From an uncultured Verrucomicrobiae bacterium (GTDB lineage: Bacteria; Verrucomicrobiota; Verrucomicrobiia; Chthoniobacterales; JAFAMB01): DNA of 64,000 nucleotides. Made by a program: the position numbers and the translations under genes. Below are positions 19,137 to 29,214 of this stretch, one piece after another. Position 1 is the first letter of the stretch; every line of letters starts with the position of its first letter. The stretch spans positions 128,001-192,000 of the forward strand of contig CAVXLD010000001.1 in NCBI GenBank assembly GCA_963762565.1, in the 5' to 3' direction. The notes below the pieces were generated by a model. That model saw only the letters and a list, made by a program, of their open reading frames with translations, searched no databases and was not told the DNA's origin.

Positions 19137-21551
19137 TTAATGATTCCAGAACTGGCGGAAAGCGTTGGACCAATTGCGGTCCTGGACCCGTTGGCGGGCG
19201 TGATCGCCCATCTGGCGGCGGAGTTCCGGGTCAGCTGCCAAGCGTCGGATCGCCTCAGTAAAGTCCTCTACATCCAGCGATCGCGTGATGAACCCGTCTA
19301 CCCCATCGGTGACAAGCTCAGCCGGACCGCCTTGATCGGAAACAACACAGGGTAAACCGGCAGCCTGAGCTTCCAGGACGACATTACCAAAGGTGTCGGT
19401 AGTACTCGGAAAAATGAAAACATCGCTCGAAGCGTAGGCAGCACCGAGCTCCTTTCCTTTCAAATAACCCGTATAGCAGGCTTCGGGTGCAATGTGCCGT
19501 AATTCTTTAAGGTAGGGGCCGTCACCAACAATCAATAGACGAACCGGGAGCTTCTCTTGTCGTAGTCGGTTCACGGCCTTTGCGGCGATATCGAGGTTTT
19601 TCTCCTTTGAAATTCGTCCCACATAAAGAAGTCCGATCTCTTCCGGAGCTTTGCCGAAATGGCTCCAAAACTTCGGATCACGGAGTCCCGGATTGAAAAG
19701 CCGGGTATCGATTCCTCGAGGAAAAATCTTCAGCCGCTCAGGAGCGATCCCGCGCCCAATCCATCGTTGCCGGTAGTACTCAGAGTTGACGTAGACCAAA
19801 TCAAGCTGGGAGTAGAACCACTGCATGAAATTCCAGGCCAATGTTTCCATATAGTTGTCCTGGGTGAGAATCCGGACGTACTGGGGAAAGTCCGTGTGAT
19901 AGATGCCCACGGCGCGTATATCGAGAATTTTGGCTGCAACCAATGCGGTTAAACCGACTGGCCCCGGCGTACTGATAATCAACTCGGTGAATCGCTCACT
20001 CTGGACGTAGTCGATCATATGCAACACCGGCGGGAAGCTCAGCTTTTGCAACTCGTATTCTGGCAACTCGAACTCGCCAATCGGAACAAAGTTCTTGATT
20101 GGGATATCAGCAATTCCGATCTGCTGACGCGAAGTGACGACAATGAGATCGGCTCCACTTTCCAGGCCGGCCGCCGTCATTTTTCGGATCGTAGTGGTGA
20201 CGCCGTTTACGTCTTCCAAGGTGTCGGTAAACCAAGCCCGTTTCGTGTTTTGCAGAACGTCCGGGACGAAATTTACGGTACCTAAACAAATGTCGGTCAA
20301 TCGGCTCCGGGACGGCGCCTGGCTATGGTAGCCGTAGAAATAGGGGCCCAGCAGTAAAGCGAGCGGCGTCAAAGCACTGAGCGTTTGCACAGCGTCCATC
20401 ACGTTGCCGGCAGAGATTTGCTGGACAAAACGATCAAAGAACCGAAACCCGAGCTGGTTAAAGACGGTAGCAACGAGCAAGAATGCTCGTCGTTCGGGTT
20501 CCTGAACTCCCTGGGTCTCCTTCGCAAGTTGAGCTTGGACGTCCTGATTCCCGAAATAATTAGCGAGCTCAGGCCAGAGGGACAGGTTCACCGGCTTGGC
20601 TAACTCGAAGATCTTGCCGGAGACGATTCCGTTAAAGATGAGACCGATCTTCTCGCCAATACTGAAATGGGTGGGGTTTTTGCCTTCTAAAAACCGCGAG
20701 ATAACGACCTCCAAGAAACCCAGATTCGGGCTAACTGCAGCTGAGAACTTGTCCTTGGCGAATTGGTACGCGGTATTGTAGAGGCCGTGAGCAATCACCA
20801 ACGGGGTACCGCCGAACCCGCGAGTGACGCAATCACCATGCTCCAAGTAGTGCAGAAAATCGCGGATAGATTCTGCATCCGCTGTTTCTGTGTAGGCGGA
20901 ACCGGGAAAGATTCCGGCATGATCATCGGAGCCAGCCACCAGCACCTTACGCCACGGTTCTGGATGAGTTGGCGCAAGTTTTTGGCGCTCGGCAAATTCA
21001 TCGATCCTTTCCGGCGTCAGCGAACGAAAAACGAAGCGGGCAACCTCGCTCAACAAGCTGTCTCGCAGACCGTTGACCCCTTCGAAATGCTTGAACAGCA
21101 GGATCAGCTTTTGGACGTGATCGGCAGTCAGACGACGGTCTTTGTCGTAGAAAGGATGGGCCACAGCATGGCAGATCCCATTGCGACTTAGATACTCTCG
21201 TACCTCGAAAATATTCCGGCGTAGTTCCTGGATCTCGGAATGCTGCGTTTCGGAGATATTCCAAACGAGCAGATGCACTGACACACGGTCGTCGGGGAAC
21301 TCAGCTCCGACTTCGACACTGACGAAGCTGCCGGGTAAGCTGGCGATTTCCAGACAACCGTCGATGCGATTGTGGTCAGTGAAAGTCACAAAAGTCATCC
21401 CCTTCTCTTTGAGCCGATGATAAAGGGCGCGCGGAGCAGAATAACTATCGGGAAAATCGAATCGACGAAAGAGCCACTCAGCGGATCGGTCGCTAAACCG
21501 GGAGTGGAGATGGAGATCGACTTTAGCTGCCATCCTAGTTTCTGCGGACAT
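19137..21551 (-). CDS. PHP-domain / GT4 glycosyltransferase fusion
   Basis: N-terminal DLHLHS, TDHN, AHP, GSDDH; C-terminal YVGRISKEKN, FPSTTDTFGNVVLEA. Confidence 0.9.
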   Translation of the reverse strand: MSAETRMAAKVDLHLHSRFSDRSAEWLFRRFDFPDSYSAPRALYHRLKEKGMTFVTFTDHNRIDGCLEIASLPGSFVSVEVGAEFPDDRVSVHLLVWNISETQHSEIQELRRNIFEVREYLSRNGICHAVAHPFYDKDRRLTADHVQKLILLFKHFEGVNGLRDSLLSEVARFVFRSLTPERIDEFAERQKLAPTHPEPWRKVLVAGSDDHAGIFPGSAYTETADAESIRDFLHYLEHGDCVTRGFGGTPLVIAHGLYNTAYQFAKDKFSAAVSPNLGFLEVVISRFLEGKNPTHFSIGEKIGLIFNGIVSGKIFELAKPVNLSLWPELANYFGNQDVQAQLAKETQGVQEPERRAFLLVATVFNQLGFRFFDRFVQQISAGNVMDAVQTLSALTPLALLLGPYFYGYHSQAPSRSRLTDICLGTVNFVPDVLQNTKRAWFTDTLEDVNGVTTTIRKMTAAGLESGADLIVVTSRQQIGIADIPIKNFVPIGEFELPEYELQKLSFPPVLHMIDYVQSERFTELIISTPGPVGLTALVAAKILDIRAVGIYHTDFPQYVRILTQDNYMETLAWNFMQWFYSQLDLVYVNSEYYRQRWIGRGIAPERLKIFPRGIDTRLFNPGLRDPKFWSHFGKAPEEIGLLYVGRISKEKNLDIAAKAVNRLRQEKLPVRLLIVGDGPYLKELRHIAPEACYTGYLKGKELGAAYASSDVFIFPSTTDTFGNVVLEAQAAGLPCVVSDQGGPAELVTDGVDGFITRSLDVEDFTEAIRRLAADPELRRQMGDHARQRVQDRNWSNAFRQFWNH

Positions 21552-21593
21552 GACACTAGCTCACGCTGTAGCGCTGGCAAATAATTAGATCGA

Positions 21594-21724
21594 AGCGCCC
21601 CGTGGAGCGTGCCTCGCTTGCGAGTCCGACGAACCACCCATTGCGTATTTCCTCTTTCCGCGGGCTGTCAGGCGAAAATATCTCAGAGTCGGCCTTGCAA
21701 GCGAGGCACGCTCCACGGGGCGCT
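21594..21724. repeat. REP-like inverted pair, family C (GTGGAGCGTGCCTCGCTTGCGA)
   Basis: 21594-21630 is near-perfectly inverted at 21688-21724; copies at ~27760-27790, 30613-30795 and 56335-56363. Confidence 0.85.
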
Positions 21725-22487
21725 ACTTCCCCACCTCAACGCTCGCCGCCTTGAGATGATTGGCGATAAACTTTTCGTACGATAACGGTTGCCGGTCCTG
21801 AAGAGCAGCGGTGACCAAGCTCTTAACATGGGACCAAACTGCGGGAATCTCGCAATCTGCGGGGTGAATCCCGATCCGCAGCAACGGTTTATCTCGTAAC
21901 CGAGAAAGCAGACCTTGGTTCCAAGCCAGGCTCACCATCCGCCTCCAAGGGGCTCGAGTGCTCCACACCAACGATCGTGAGTAATAATTGTGAACCCCGT
22001 CAAAAACTTTAACGGAGCCCACATTGGTAATGTAAGAAAACCCCACCTTGCGGACAGCGGCTTCCGCTTCGTAGCCCAAAAGCCAAGCCGGTGCTACGAA
22101 CCCGTTCAGCTTTCGGTCCAGGAATGCCAAGTCCTCAATACCCATTTGGAGGCGGGAAATCGCTTCATCCCTGGCGAGATCGAAAAATTCTCCTTCACCG
22201 GCCGTGTACACTTGAGTCGTGAATTTGGTAATACCGGCATCCGTTGGTTTGGGATTGCGAGCGTGATAATAGCCGTGCAGCACGGGTTCGTAACCTTGTC
22301 GTACTCGATCTGATACCCACTCTTTGAATGCAACGTTATCCCGGACCGGCGCGTTGTGGTGATGGTTTGGGATGACCAGTAACGAGCCCTCGGAGACACC
22401 CAGGCTGCGAAGGGCCTCTATAATTTTGTCACAGCTCGCCTGAGTCAAAGGCGATACATCATGAACGGAAACGACGAGAGCTCTCAT
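21723..22487 (-). CDS. DUF2334 / polysaccharide deacetylase-like protein
   Basis: VSVHDVSP, LHGYYH, EGEFF, GFVAPAW, RIGIHP. Confidence 0.8.
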   Translation of the reverse strand: MRALVVSVHDVSPLTQASCDKIIEALRSLGVSEGSLLVIPNHHHNAPVRDNVAFKEWVSDRVRQGYEPVLHGYYHARNPKPTDAGITKFTTQVYTAGEGEFFDLARDEAISRLQMGIEDLAFLDRKLNGFVAPAWLLGYEAEAAVRKVGFSYITNVGSVKVFDGVHNYYSRSLVWSTRAPWRRMVSLAWNQGLLSRLRDKPLLRIGIHPADCEIPAVWSHVKSLVTAALQDRQPLSYEKFIANHLKAASVEVGK

Positions 22488-23961
22488 AAAAGTCAGACAA
22501 ACGCTGGCGAAGCCCGAAAACGAGACAGAGTGCACCGCTCACAATCGGAAGCCAATCTCCAAAAGAACCGTAGGGCGTCATATCATTCGCCACCGGAAAG
22601 TCGAGGCTATATGTGGACAATAGACGTGTCCTCGGCGGCGCCTCCTTTACCACTCTGCCGCTAGCGGTCTGCATAAAGGCTCCGGCTCGATCGGACTCAA
22701 AGATGATAGGCCTTCCGAGGGAGACGCCCCAGCAACGAAGGTTCTCGCTAAATTGTTCCTCACCAATCGCTGTCCCTTTCGGAGTATCAACCAAGACAAC
22801 AAATCCTTGAGCCGGGACCTTGAGCCCGGCTTTGAGCGCCTTTAACGACATGCCTTCCTGGTTAATGAATGGAAGTAGCGCAACACCTTTGACGGAAAAG
22901 CTCTGAAGATTCTTGGGAACCTGATCTGCTAAGATTTGAAAACCGGGATTCTTTTGAAACGAGAGCACACTTTTGACTGTGGTCGGAAGATAGGCGGAAT
23001 AACCAGAGATGGGTGCATTACTAGCGGCGGCTACCCCTGTGATTACGCCGACATCGGGCGCCGCTGACTTCCGATCGAAGCTCTTAGATTCTATCCCCCC
23101 TTCAGTGATTCGCCGCCAAACCAGCAAATCCGATTTCAAAGCCGCTACTCCAGGAAGCAAACTGTTGAGCTCGCTCGCGCTGGATCCGGGCGATGCCGTG
23201 ATGCTAATCCTGAGCTGGAGAGGTTGCGGTCGAGGCTGAGCAAATTGGAAACCGGCGGCGGCAATGACGAAGAGCATCGCCAAAGTAAAAACGATGTCGA
23301 AACGGGCCGCCCAGTTCATCCTCCCCGGCTGCAATGCGAGCCGCCGAATCGCCAGAAAAATGATCGCATTGGCAAATACCGCGATGAAACTCAAACCGAA
23401 CGGACCCGTGACTCTAACAATTTGGAGGAGCGGAAGATTTGCGGCGATCGGCAAGCCGACTGGATTCCAAGCGGTCAAGATCATTCCGCGACACCATTCT
23501 AGGAACGTCCATGAACTTGCGATCAGAACCGCCTGACGGAGATGCGCGGTGGAAACACGCCACGCCTCGGCATTACCGGGCGCCCCCATAAAAATCGGCT
23601 GAAGCCCTTTTTTGCGCTTCTTTTCATCGGGTTTAGCCAGCTCCGGGAGCTTACAGAATCGCCAGACGAACCAACTCCAAACGATACCTAGAAGGCCAAG
23701 CACACCCAGAATCGTTCCGAGCTCTTGATACCGATGTTCTTTCCACAGCCAGTGAAACGTGATGAGAGCAAAGCTCGTGGAAAACAGGGCGCCCTGAACG
23801 ATCACCATTCCCGCTCTTCCTCTTAGGGAAAGCAAAGAGAATAGGATCGGAACAAAAGCAACCCAAATAAGCCAAGACAAGTTCCAGGGAGGCAGACCTA
23901 GGGCAAGCAAAGCGCCCGCAAGAAGACTCAATAGGAGCTGCCACAACCAAGCCAATCTCAT
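22459..23961 (-). CDS. Apolipoprotein N-acyltransferase (Lnt)-like membrane protein with degenerate nitrilase domain
   Basis: Lnt-like TM region (ALGLPPW, EWCRG..TAWNPVG, TGPFGLSF) and C-terminal TPYGSFGDW. WPE reads WRR, ICYE reads INQE, and no KxxLVPFGE is present. Confidence 0.7.
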   Translation of the reverse strand: MRLAWLWQLLLSLLAGALLALGLPPWNLSWLIWVAFVPILFSLLSLRGRAGMVIVQGALFSTSFALITFHWLWKEHRYQELGTILGVLGLLGIVWSWFVWRFCKLPELAKPDEKKRKKGLQPIFMGAPGNAEAWRVSTAHLRQAVLIASSWTFLEWCRGMILTAWNPVGLPIAANLPLLQIVRVTGPFGLSFIAVFANAIIFLAIRRLALQPGRMNWAARFDIVFTLAMLFVIAAAGFQFAQPRPQPLQLRISITASPGSSASELNSLLPGVAALKSDLLVWRRITEGGIESKSFDRKSAAPDVGVITGVAAASNAPISGYSAYLPTTVKSVLSFQKNPGFQILADQVPKNLQSFSVKGVALLPFINQEGMSLKALKAGLKVPAQGFVVLVDTPKGTAIGEEQFSENLRCWGVSLGRPIIFESDRAGAFMQTASGRVVKEAPPRTRLLSTYSLDFPVANDMTPYGSFGDWLPIVSGALCLVFGLRQRLSDFYESSRRFRS

Positions 23962-25157
23962 GACGCCCCCTTTCGGCGGAGCTCGATAAAGGTTCGCCAA
24001 ATTAATAGAACGATGAGCGGATAAATCGCCGGGTGAAATCGTTGAGGAAGCCAAGGCGACGAAAACATAAAAAGGAGCCCTTCAAGCATGGCCAGGAACA
24101 AATAAAGCCGGGGCATGAATACCTTATTGGCCGAAAAAAAAAGCAATCCGAGGCCTGCAACTAAATGGGTGGGTACAAGCCAAGCCACGTTCCAATTCTG
24201 ATATGCCTCCCAGTGCAAGGTGTTCGCCGCCAGCACAACTAAGAACAGTCCGGTAAAACCGAACACCATATAAATGACCGCTGAAATCAATCGAGACGCC
24301 TTGCGTCCGCGCAACGCCCATAGTCCGATCCAGGCGATAAGCACGGCAGAAAATACAATCTCCGGATCGAATGCTCGAGGTATTCTTGGCAGAGGACGAG
24401 CTGGAAACAGCCGAACCGGCGCCTGGCCAAAAGCATCATCATTAATTTTAGTCTGGCATACCGCGGACTCGAGGTTTGCCGGCAGAAAACAGGCTTCCCG
24501 AGGCTGAACCAATCGATCAACCCCAGCCCCCAGCAATAAATAAATGCCAAAGCGAATCCAGGGAATCCGATCCAGGTAAGGATCCAACATTTGGCGAAAG
24601 GTTACTCCGGCGACAGTCTTGTCTGCCACAGGCGTTCCGATGATTTTCTCAAAAGCGTCTCGCACTCGGGTTGAGCAGTTATCAAGGAGAAAATCGTATC
24701 GATAGTAGCGATTCTCTGGGGCGAGATTCGTCTCCAGCGCCTCGAACAAGCTCTGTTTTTGTTCAGGGGTTAGATTTAGTTGGGCTTCAGTTACGCCTTG
24801 ACCCAGAGCACCATGCTCCTCGATGTCCGCGGCTCCTTGATCCACCGAAAGCTGGTAAAGAAGGTCGCCTCGCGCAAATCGGAGGTAGAAATTGCCCACA
24901 CTCATGTCAAACGTCCCAAAGTTGTAGAGCCGATCAAATCCAAGTTCTGGATCCAGTATCCGGATCGCGCTGTGTCCGAAAGCTGTATACAGCTCATCAC
25001 CAGGTGAACAGGTCACCAGAGAAATCTTGGTGGCAGGGCTGAGCGCAGGAAGTCCGCCCGGTTGGTTCTCTTCGGCAGCGCGAGCACTCCAACTGAGCAG
25101 GATTAAGGTGGCAAACAGGCCGCAAAAAATACATTTCCAGTCGGTAAACGCCCTCAT
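23958..25157 (-). CDS. DUF4105 / Lnb-type lipoprotein N-acyltransferase-like protein
   Basis: PGDELYTAFGHSAIR, YNFGTFD, YRYDFLLDNCSTR, FLP, then ~5 C-terminal TM helices. Its stop overlaps the next ATG (ATGA). Confidence 0.78.
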   Translation of the reverse strand: MRAFTDWKCIFCGLFATLILLSWSARAAEENQPGGLPALSPATKISLVTCSPGDELYTAFGHSAIRILDPELGFDRLYNFGTFDMSVGNFYLRFARGDLLYQLSVDQGAADIEEHGALGQGVTEAQLNLTPEQKQSLFEALETNLAPENRYYRYDFLLDNCSTRVRDAFEKIIGTPVADKTVAGVTFRQMLDPYLDRIPWIRFGIYLLLGAGVDRLVQPREACFLPANLESAVCQTKINDDAFGQAPVRLFPARPLPRIPRAFDPEIVFSAVLIAWIGLWALRGRKASRLISAVIYMVFGFTGLFLVVLAANTLHWEAYQNWNVAWLVPTHLVAGLGLLFFSANKVFMPRLYLFLAMLEGLLFMFSSPWLPQRFHPAIYPLIVLLIWRTFIELRRKGAS

Positions 25158-25297
25158 TGGCGGACTCTGCGATATTTCAACGAGCATCCGTACGCCGGTT
25201 CTTGCGGCAAGGACCAAGACTCTGGCACGAGAAAATCTTCCGTCCAGTACTTTGGTAGGGGGGAACGCCGGGAACGAGCTAGAACGCCGGGAACGCT

Positions 25298-25508
25298 GGT
25301 AGGGCGAGGCTCCCGAACCTACACAAAGGGTTAGCAAAGGCTAAACTCCGAGGCGAATCGCTGATACGCTGTACCGACAAACGCGCCGAGCCGTGGCCCA
25401 GCGATAGATCACGGCTCGGCGCGCTTCATGGCCTATGAACACCGTTCGCCAGGTGACGTACATGGCCCTTCGCGATAGCGATGGATTCTTCGGGAGCCTC
25501 GCCCCACC
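25298..25508. repeat. GTAG-type REP doublet with inner inverted repeat
   Basis: GGTAGGGCGAGGCTCCCGAA 25298-25317 / TTCGGGAGCCTCGCCCCACC 25489-25508; inner cgcgccgagccgtg / cacggctcggcgcg. Confidence 0.85.
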
Positions 25509-25531
25509 AATGATTGTAGCCTAAATCCTCC

Positions 25532-27478
25532 CTACCCCACCCGACGTTCGGCATCCGTGCGTAACCACTCCCAGAGTCGCTTCAGCGCCTGGTCTAGTTC
25601 CGCCTTTGTGGTGGCTAGCGCCTCGCGGCTATCGACGGAGCGCCGGCCGAATAGATAGAACTTGATCTTCGGCTCGGTACCGGACGGCCGAACGGCTATT
25701 CGCCGCCCATCAGCCAAATGAAACATGGTCATTTTTTCCTTCGGCAATACATCGCCTTCGACATCTCGAATCCCGCCCTCGCTAAAATCCACCACCTCGG
25801 TGACCGCACTAGCATCGATTTCCTTGGGCGGCGATGCCTTATATGACTCTGCCAATCGACGGATCTTTTCCGAGCCCGCTGCTCCCTCGAAGACCAATGA
25901 ATTACCTTTCTCGAGATAATATCCGTACTCGCAATAGATATCATCCAGAAGCTCATCGACGGTCCTATTGAGAGACTTCGCGTAGGCGCACATTTCTGCA
26001 AACATCACCGTCGCGGCGTTGGCATCCTTGTCGCGAACAAAATCCGCGCCGCTGTATCCGTAGCTTTCCTCTCCCCCGAACACAAAAAAGCTCGAATGTT
26101 CCAGCCTGGCCCGGCGGGTTTCTTCCTCGGTCAATGACCGGTACCGTTGGCGAATCGGCTCCGGCAACTGGTTTTCATATTTGCCCAGTTTCTCGCCGAT
26201 ATATTTGAAACCGGTCAAAGTCTCAACGCAGCGCAGACCTTCCTTCGAAGCGATCGCCTTCTGCAGGTCAGTCGTGACCAATGTCTTGATGATCACGCAG
26301 CGTTCCTTGTTCGCATCGGTCAGGATCCCGTTCGCCCGATAAGCTTGGATCCGGTAGTAAGCCAATAAAGAACCGATCTGATTTCCGGTCAGCAAAACCA
26401 ATTCACCAGCCCGGTTCCGAACCGCCACTCCCATCCGATCGGCGTCCGGGTCGGTGCCAACCACTAGATCTGCACTGGTCCGGTCAGCCAATTCCATTCC
26501 TTGAGCGAGCGCTTCTGCATTCTCAGGATTCGGCGATTTAACCGTTGGAAACGCGCCATTTGGTTCCATTTGCTCATCCACTGTCGCGAGATCGAACCCG
26601 ATCTCCCGAAGCACCGGCACTGAGATGACGGCTCCGGTGCCATGGATGGGCGTAAAAACGATTTTGAGATCTTTCTCCCCATTCACCATCTCCGGCCTAA
26701 GTACCAAGGTGCGAAGCCGAGTCTTATAGATCTCATCGAAATCTGCGCCCAACGGAATCACTTTGCCTTGTTCGGTCGCAGGAAGGGCTTCGTAGGTTTC
26801 GCGGGCAATTTCATTAAAACATTGGATTACGCCGGTGGCGTGCGGTTCGACGAGCTGCGCGCCGTCCGAGAAGTAGGCCTTGTAGCCATTATCGTGTGGT
26901 GGGTTATGGCTTGCCGTTATCACAATCCCGGCCGTAGACCCGGTGTGCCGGACAGCAAATGAAAGTTCGGGCGTTGATCGGGCCGACTCAAAGAGGAAAA
27001 CGTTGCAGCCTAATTCGGAAGCCACTTTAGCGGCTAGTTCGGCGAACTGGCGCGAGAAATAGCGAGTATCATGAGCAATGCAGAGGCTTGCCCGCTCGGA
27101 TACTGCGCTCTTGGCCAAGTGCGCTTTCATATAAGTGACCAATGCCTGAGTCGCCTTGCTGACATTGTAAAAATTCATCGCGTTGGTCCCAACGCAGGGG
27201 TACTGCGGGCAACACGCCGCATTGTGGGCTCCCTGCTCTGCTCCCGTCACTACTCGGCCAATCGATCGGCCGCGAATCCCTCCGGTTCCAAACGCTAAGG
27301 TCCTGAAGAAACGGTCATTCAGTTCAGCCCAAGCCTGAGCCGATAGCAGTTCCGCTACGGAACTCCGGTAGATCGGGTTGTCTCCGGAGCCAAGGAGCTG
27401 CAGCATATTGGCTGCGCTTGACTGCAATAGTGAACCGTCATCCACCGCTTGCTGAATCGTCTTATGCAGGTCGCTCAT
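25532..27478 (-). CDS. Phosphoglucomutase/phosphomannomutase
   Basis: FGTGGIRG, ITASHNP, DPDADR, GEESYG, RPSGTEPKIK. Confidence 0.95.
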   Translation of the reverse strand: MSDLHKTIQQAVDDGSLLQSSAANMLQLLGSGDNPIYRSSVAELLSAQAWAELNDRFFRTLAFGTGGIRGRSIGRVVTGAEQGAHNAACCPQYPCVGTNAMNFYNVSKATQALVTYMKAHLAKSAVSERASLCIAHDTRYFSRQFAELAAKVASELGCNVFLFESARSTPELSFAVRHTGSTAGIVITASHNPPHDNGYKAYFSDGAQLVEPHATGVIQCFNEIARETYEALPATEQGKVIPLGADFDEIYKTRLRTLVLRPEMVNGEKDLKIVFTPIHGTGAVISVPVLREIGFDLATVDEQMEPNGAFPTVKSPNPENAEALAQGMELADRTSADLVVGTDPDADRMGVAVRNRAGELVLLTGNQIGSLLAYYRIQAYRANGILTDANKERCVIIKTLVTTDLQKAIASKEGLRCVETLTGFKYIGEKLGKYENQLPEPIRQRYRSLTEEETRRARLEHSSFFVFGGEESYGYSGADFVRDKDANAATVMFAEMCAYAKSLNRTVDELLDDIYCEYGYYLEKGNSLVFEGAAGSEKIRRLAESYKASPPKEIDASAVTEVVDFSEGGIRDVEGDVLPKEKMTMFHLADGRRIAVRPSGTEPKIKFYLFGRRSVDSREALATTKAELDQALKRLWEWLRTDAERRVG

Positions 27479-27559
27479 AAGTTAGAACTGGTTGGGGTAA
27501 CTACTTTATGTGAAGCAACACGCATATTCCAGGCGAGACAACTCGAAAGGAGGTCGAAA

Positions 27560-27677
27560 GGGAGGGATCGCGTCCTCGCGATCCTTCTTTAGCGAAGCCC
27601 GCGACAGAGCAGATCACGCGTTTAGCCAGGTTCACCAGGCAGACCTGGTCGCGGCGCGCGGGGACGCGCGCCCTCCC
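27560..27677. repeat. REP-like inverted pair, family A
   Basis: GGGAGGGATCGCGTCCTCGCGATCC ... TCGCGGCGCGCGGGGACGCGCGCCCTCCC. Confidence 0.85.
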
Positions 27678-27789
27678 TGCTCTGTGTCACCAATTCAGCG
27701 GATTTCACACGCAATAGCGCCGACGGAATACGGGTATGAACCGCGATTTCCCCTTGCTTACCACGGCCTCGCAAGCGAGGCACGCTCCA

Positions 27790-28677
27790 GTGTTGCAGGA
27801 CAAAATTGAAGCAGCCATTTCACGCCGGTCCGGCCTAAGATCACCCAACACCGACGTTTGCCGTCTGGTCAATGGGACCGGAGACGGCTTGGACGGAATC
27901 ATCATCGACGACTTCGGCGGGCGCTGGCTGGTCTCAAGCAAAGAAGGAGAAAACCGGCCTAAGCTTCCACCGGCATTGGGCTATCGCGCTCTTTATGCGA
28001 AAACCCTTTCGAAAAACGAGAAGACGCGTCCCTCGTACATCGGAGGCGAAGAGTTAACCGCACGTTTCCCCATTCTTGAAGATGGGCTTTCCTACTGGAT
28101 CGATTTCCAAAGTGGCTATTCGCAAGGCTTATTCATTGACCAGCGCCTCAATCGCCGCCGGTTACGCGAGCTTTGTCCCGGCAAAACCGTACTCAATACG
28201 TTTGCTTATACGTGTAGCTTCGGAGTAGCCGCGGTTTCCGCTGGAGCCAACGCGGTGAACCTGGATCTCTCCCGCAACTACCTCGAATGGGGTCAGCAAA
28301 ACTACCAGCTGAACGGTCTGCAACCCCAGCAAAGCGACTTCGTCTATGGCGACGTGTTTGATTGGATGGCCCGTTTCGCCAAACGAGGCCGCCGGTTCGA
28401 CATAGTGATACTGGACCCTCCAACGTTTTCACGTAGCCGAGCTTCAGGTGTTTTTCGCGCAGAAAAAGATTACGTAGCGTTGCTAGAACGCGCGCTTCGC
28501 GTGATCGAACCCGCAGGGACCGTTCTTTGCTGCCTGAACGCTCACCATATTTCCGCGGGCGAGTTCAGGTACCTGCTGAAAAGCAGCCTCCCACCTTCCG
28601 CGGGCTTGCTGCAAATGCCAATGCCCGAGGATTTCCCAGGAAGCGATTATCTGAAGAGTTTCTGGGTACGGGTGTGA
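27790..28677 (+). CDS. RlmI/RlmK-like SAM-dependent (rRNA) methyltransferase
   Basis: GLFIDQRLNR, VLNTFAYTCSF, DLS, LDPPTF. Start uncertain (27736 or 27790). Confidence 0.85.
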   Translation: MLQDKIEAAISRRSGLRSPNTDVCRLVNGTGDGLDGIIIDDFGGRWLVSSKEGENRPKLPPALGYRALYAKTLSKNEKTRPSYIGGEELTARFPILEDGLSYWIDFQSGYSQGLFIDQRLNRRRLRELCPGKTVLNTFAYTCSFGVAAVSAGANAVNLDLSRNYLEWGQQNYQLNGLQPQQSDFVYGDVFDWMARFAKRGRRFDIVILDPPTFSRSRASGVFRAEKDYVALLERALRVIEPAGTVLCCLNAHHISAGEFRYLLKSSLPPSAGLLQMPMPEDFPGSDYLKSFWVRV

Positions 28678-28683
28678 CGGTTC

Positions 28684-28800
28684 GCGTTTGGCGTTTGGCG
28701 TTTGGCGTTTTGGCGTTTTGGCGTTTGGCGTTTGGCGTTGGGCGTTTGGCGTTGGGCGTTGGGCGTTGGGCGTTTGGCGTTGGGCGTTGGGCGTTGGGCG
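28684..28800. repeat. Heptamer tandem array (GGCGTTT/GGCGTTG)n
   Basis: ~16 consecutive units visible directly after the stop codon. Confidence 0.95.
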
Positions 28801-29015
28801 GTTCACCGTTCGCTGGTTGGCTTTTCGTGCTCGTCCTCGTGCTCGACGAAACCCGGGCCACCTCGAAAAGAGATCCATCATCCCTGTTCTCCTTTTGCTG
28901 GCCATCAATCGCTTTCAGGCGTCGAACGCGCTCTCGAGGACGAGGACGAGAACGATAGGACCCCTTGCACGAGAGCGAGCCTCACGTATATGATTTCGCG
29001 ACCAAACGTTCCCCT

Positions 29016-29204
29016 ATGCTCAGATTCGCTTGCATCCTCATCCTGCCGCTCAGTTTTTTGTTGGCATCCTGTGACAACAACACCCAAGAAGATTCTCGCT
29101 GGGATGTCATCTATAAGGATCTGGACTCCGGCGGCAAAGTTCAGCCGTGGAAAGACGCTCAACAGAGCTGGAACAGCTCTAATCACGGGAAGGACTGGAA
29201 CTAG
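29016..29204 (+). CDS. Small predicted lipoprotein (62 aa)
   Basis: MLRFACILILPLSFLLAS-CDNN..., lipobox LASC. Confidence 0.6.
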   Translation: MLRFACILILPLSFLLASCDNNTQEDSRWDVIYKDLDSGGKVQPWKDAQQSWNSSNHGKDWN

Positions 29205-29214
29205 GGGTTGGCGG

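Noticed and set aside
28483..28993. Several ORFs with TPNAQR / ALGVGRW repeats
   Set aside because: They are translations of the stop-free heptamer array in multiple frames.
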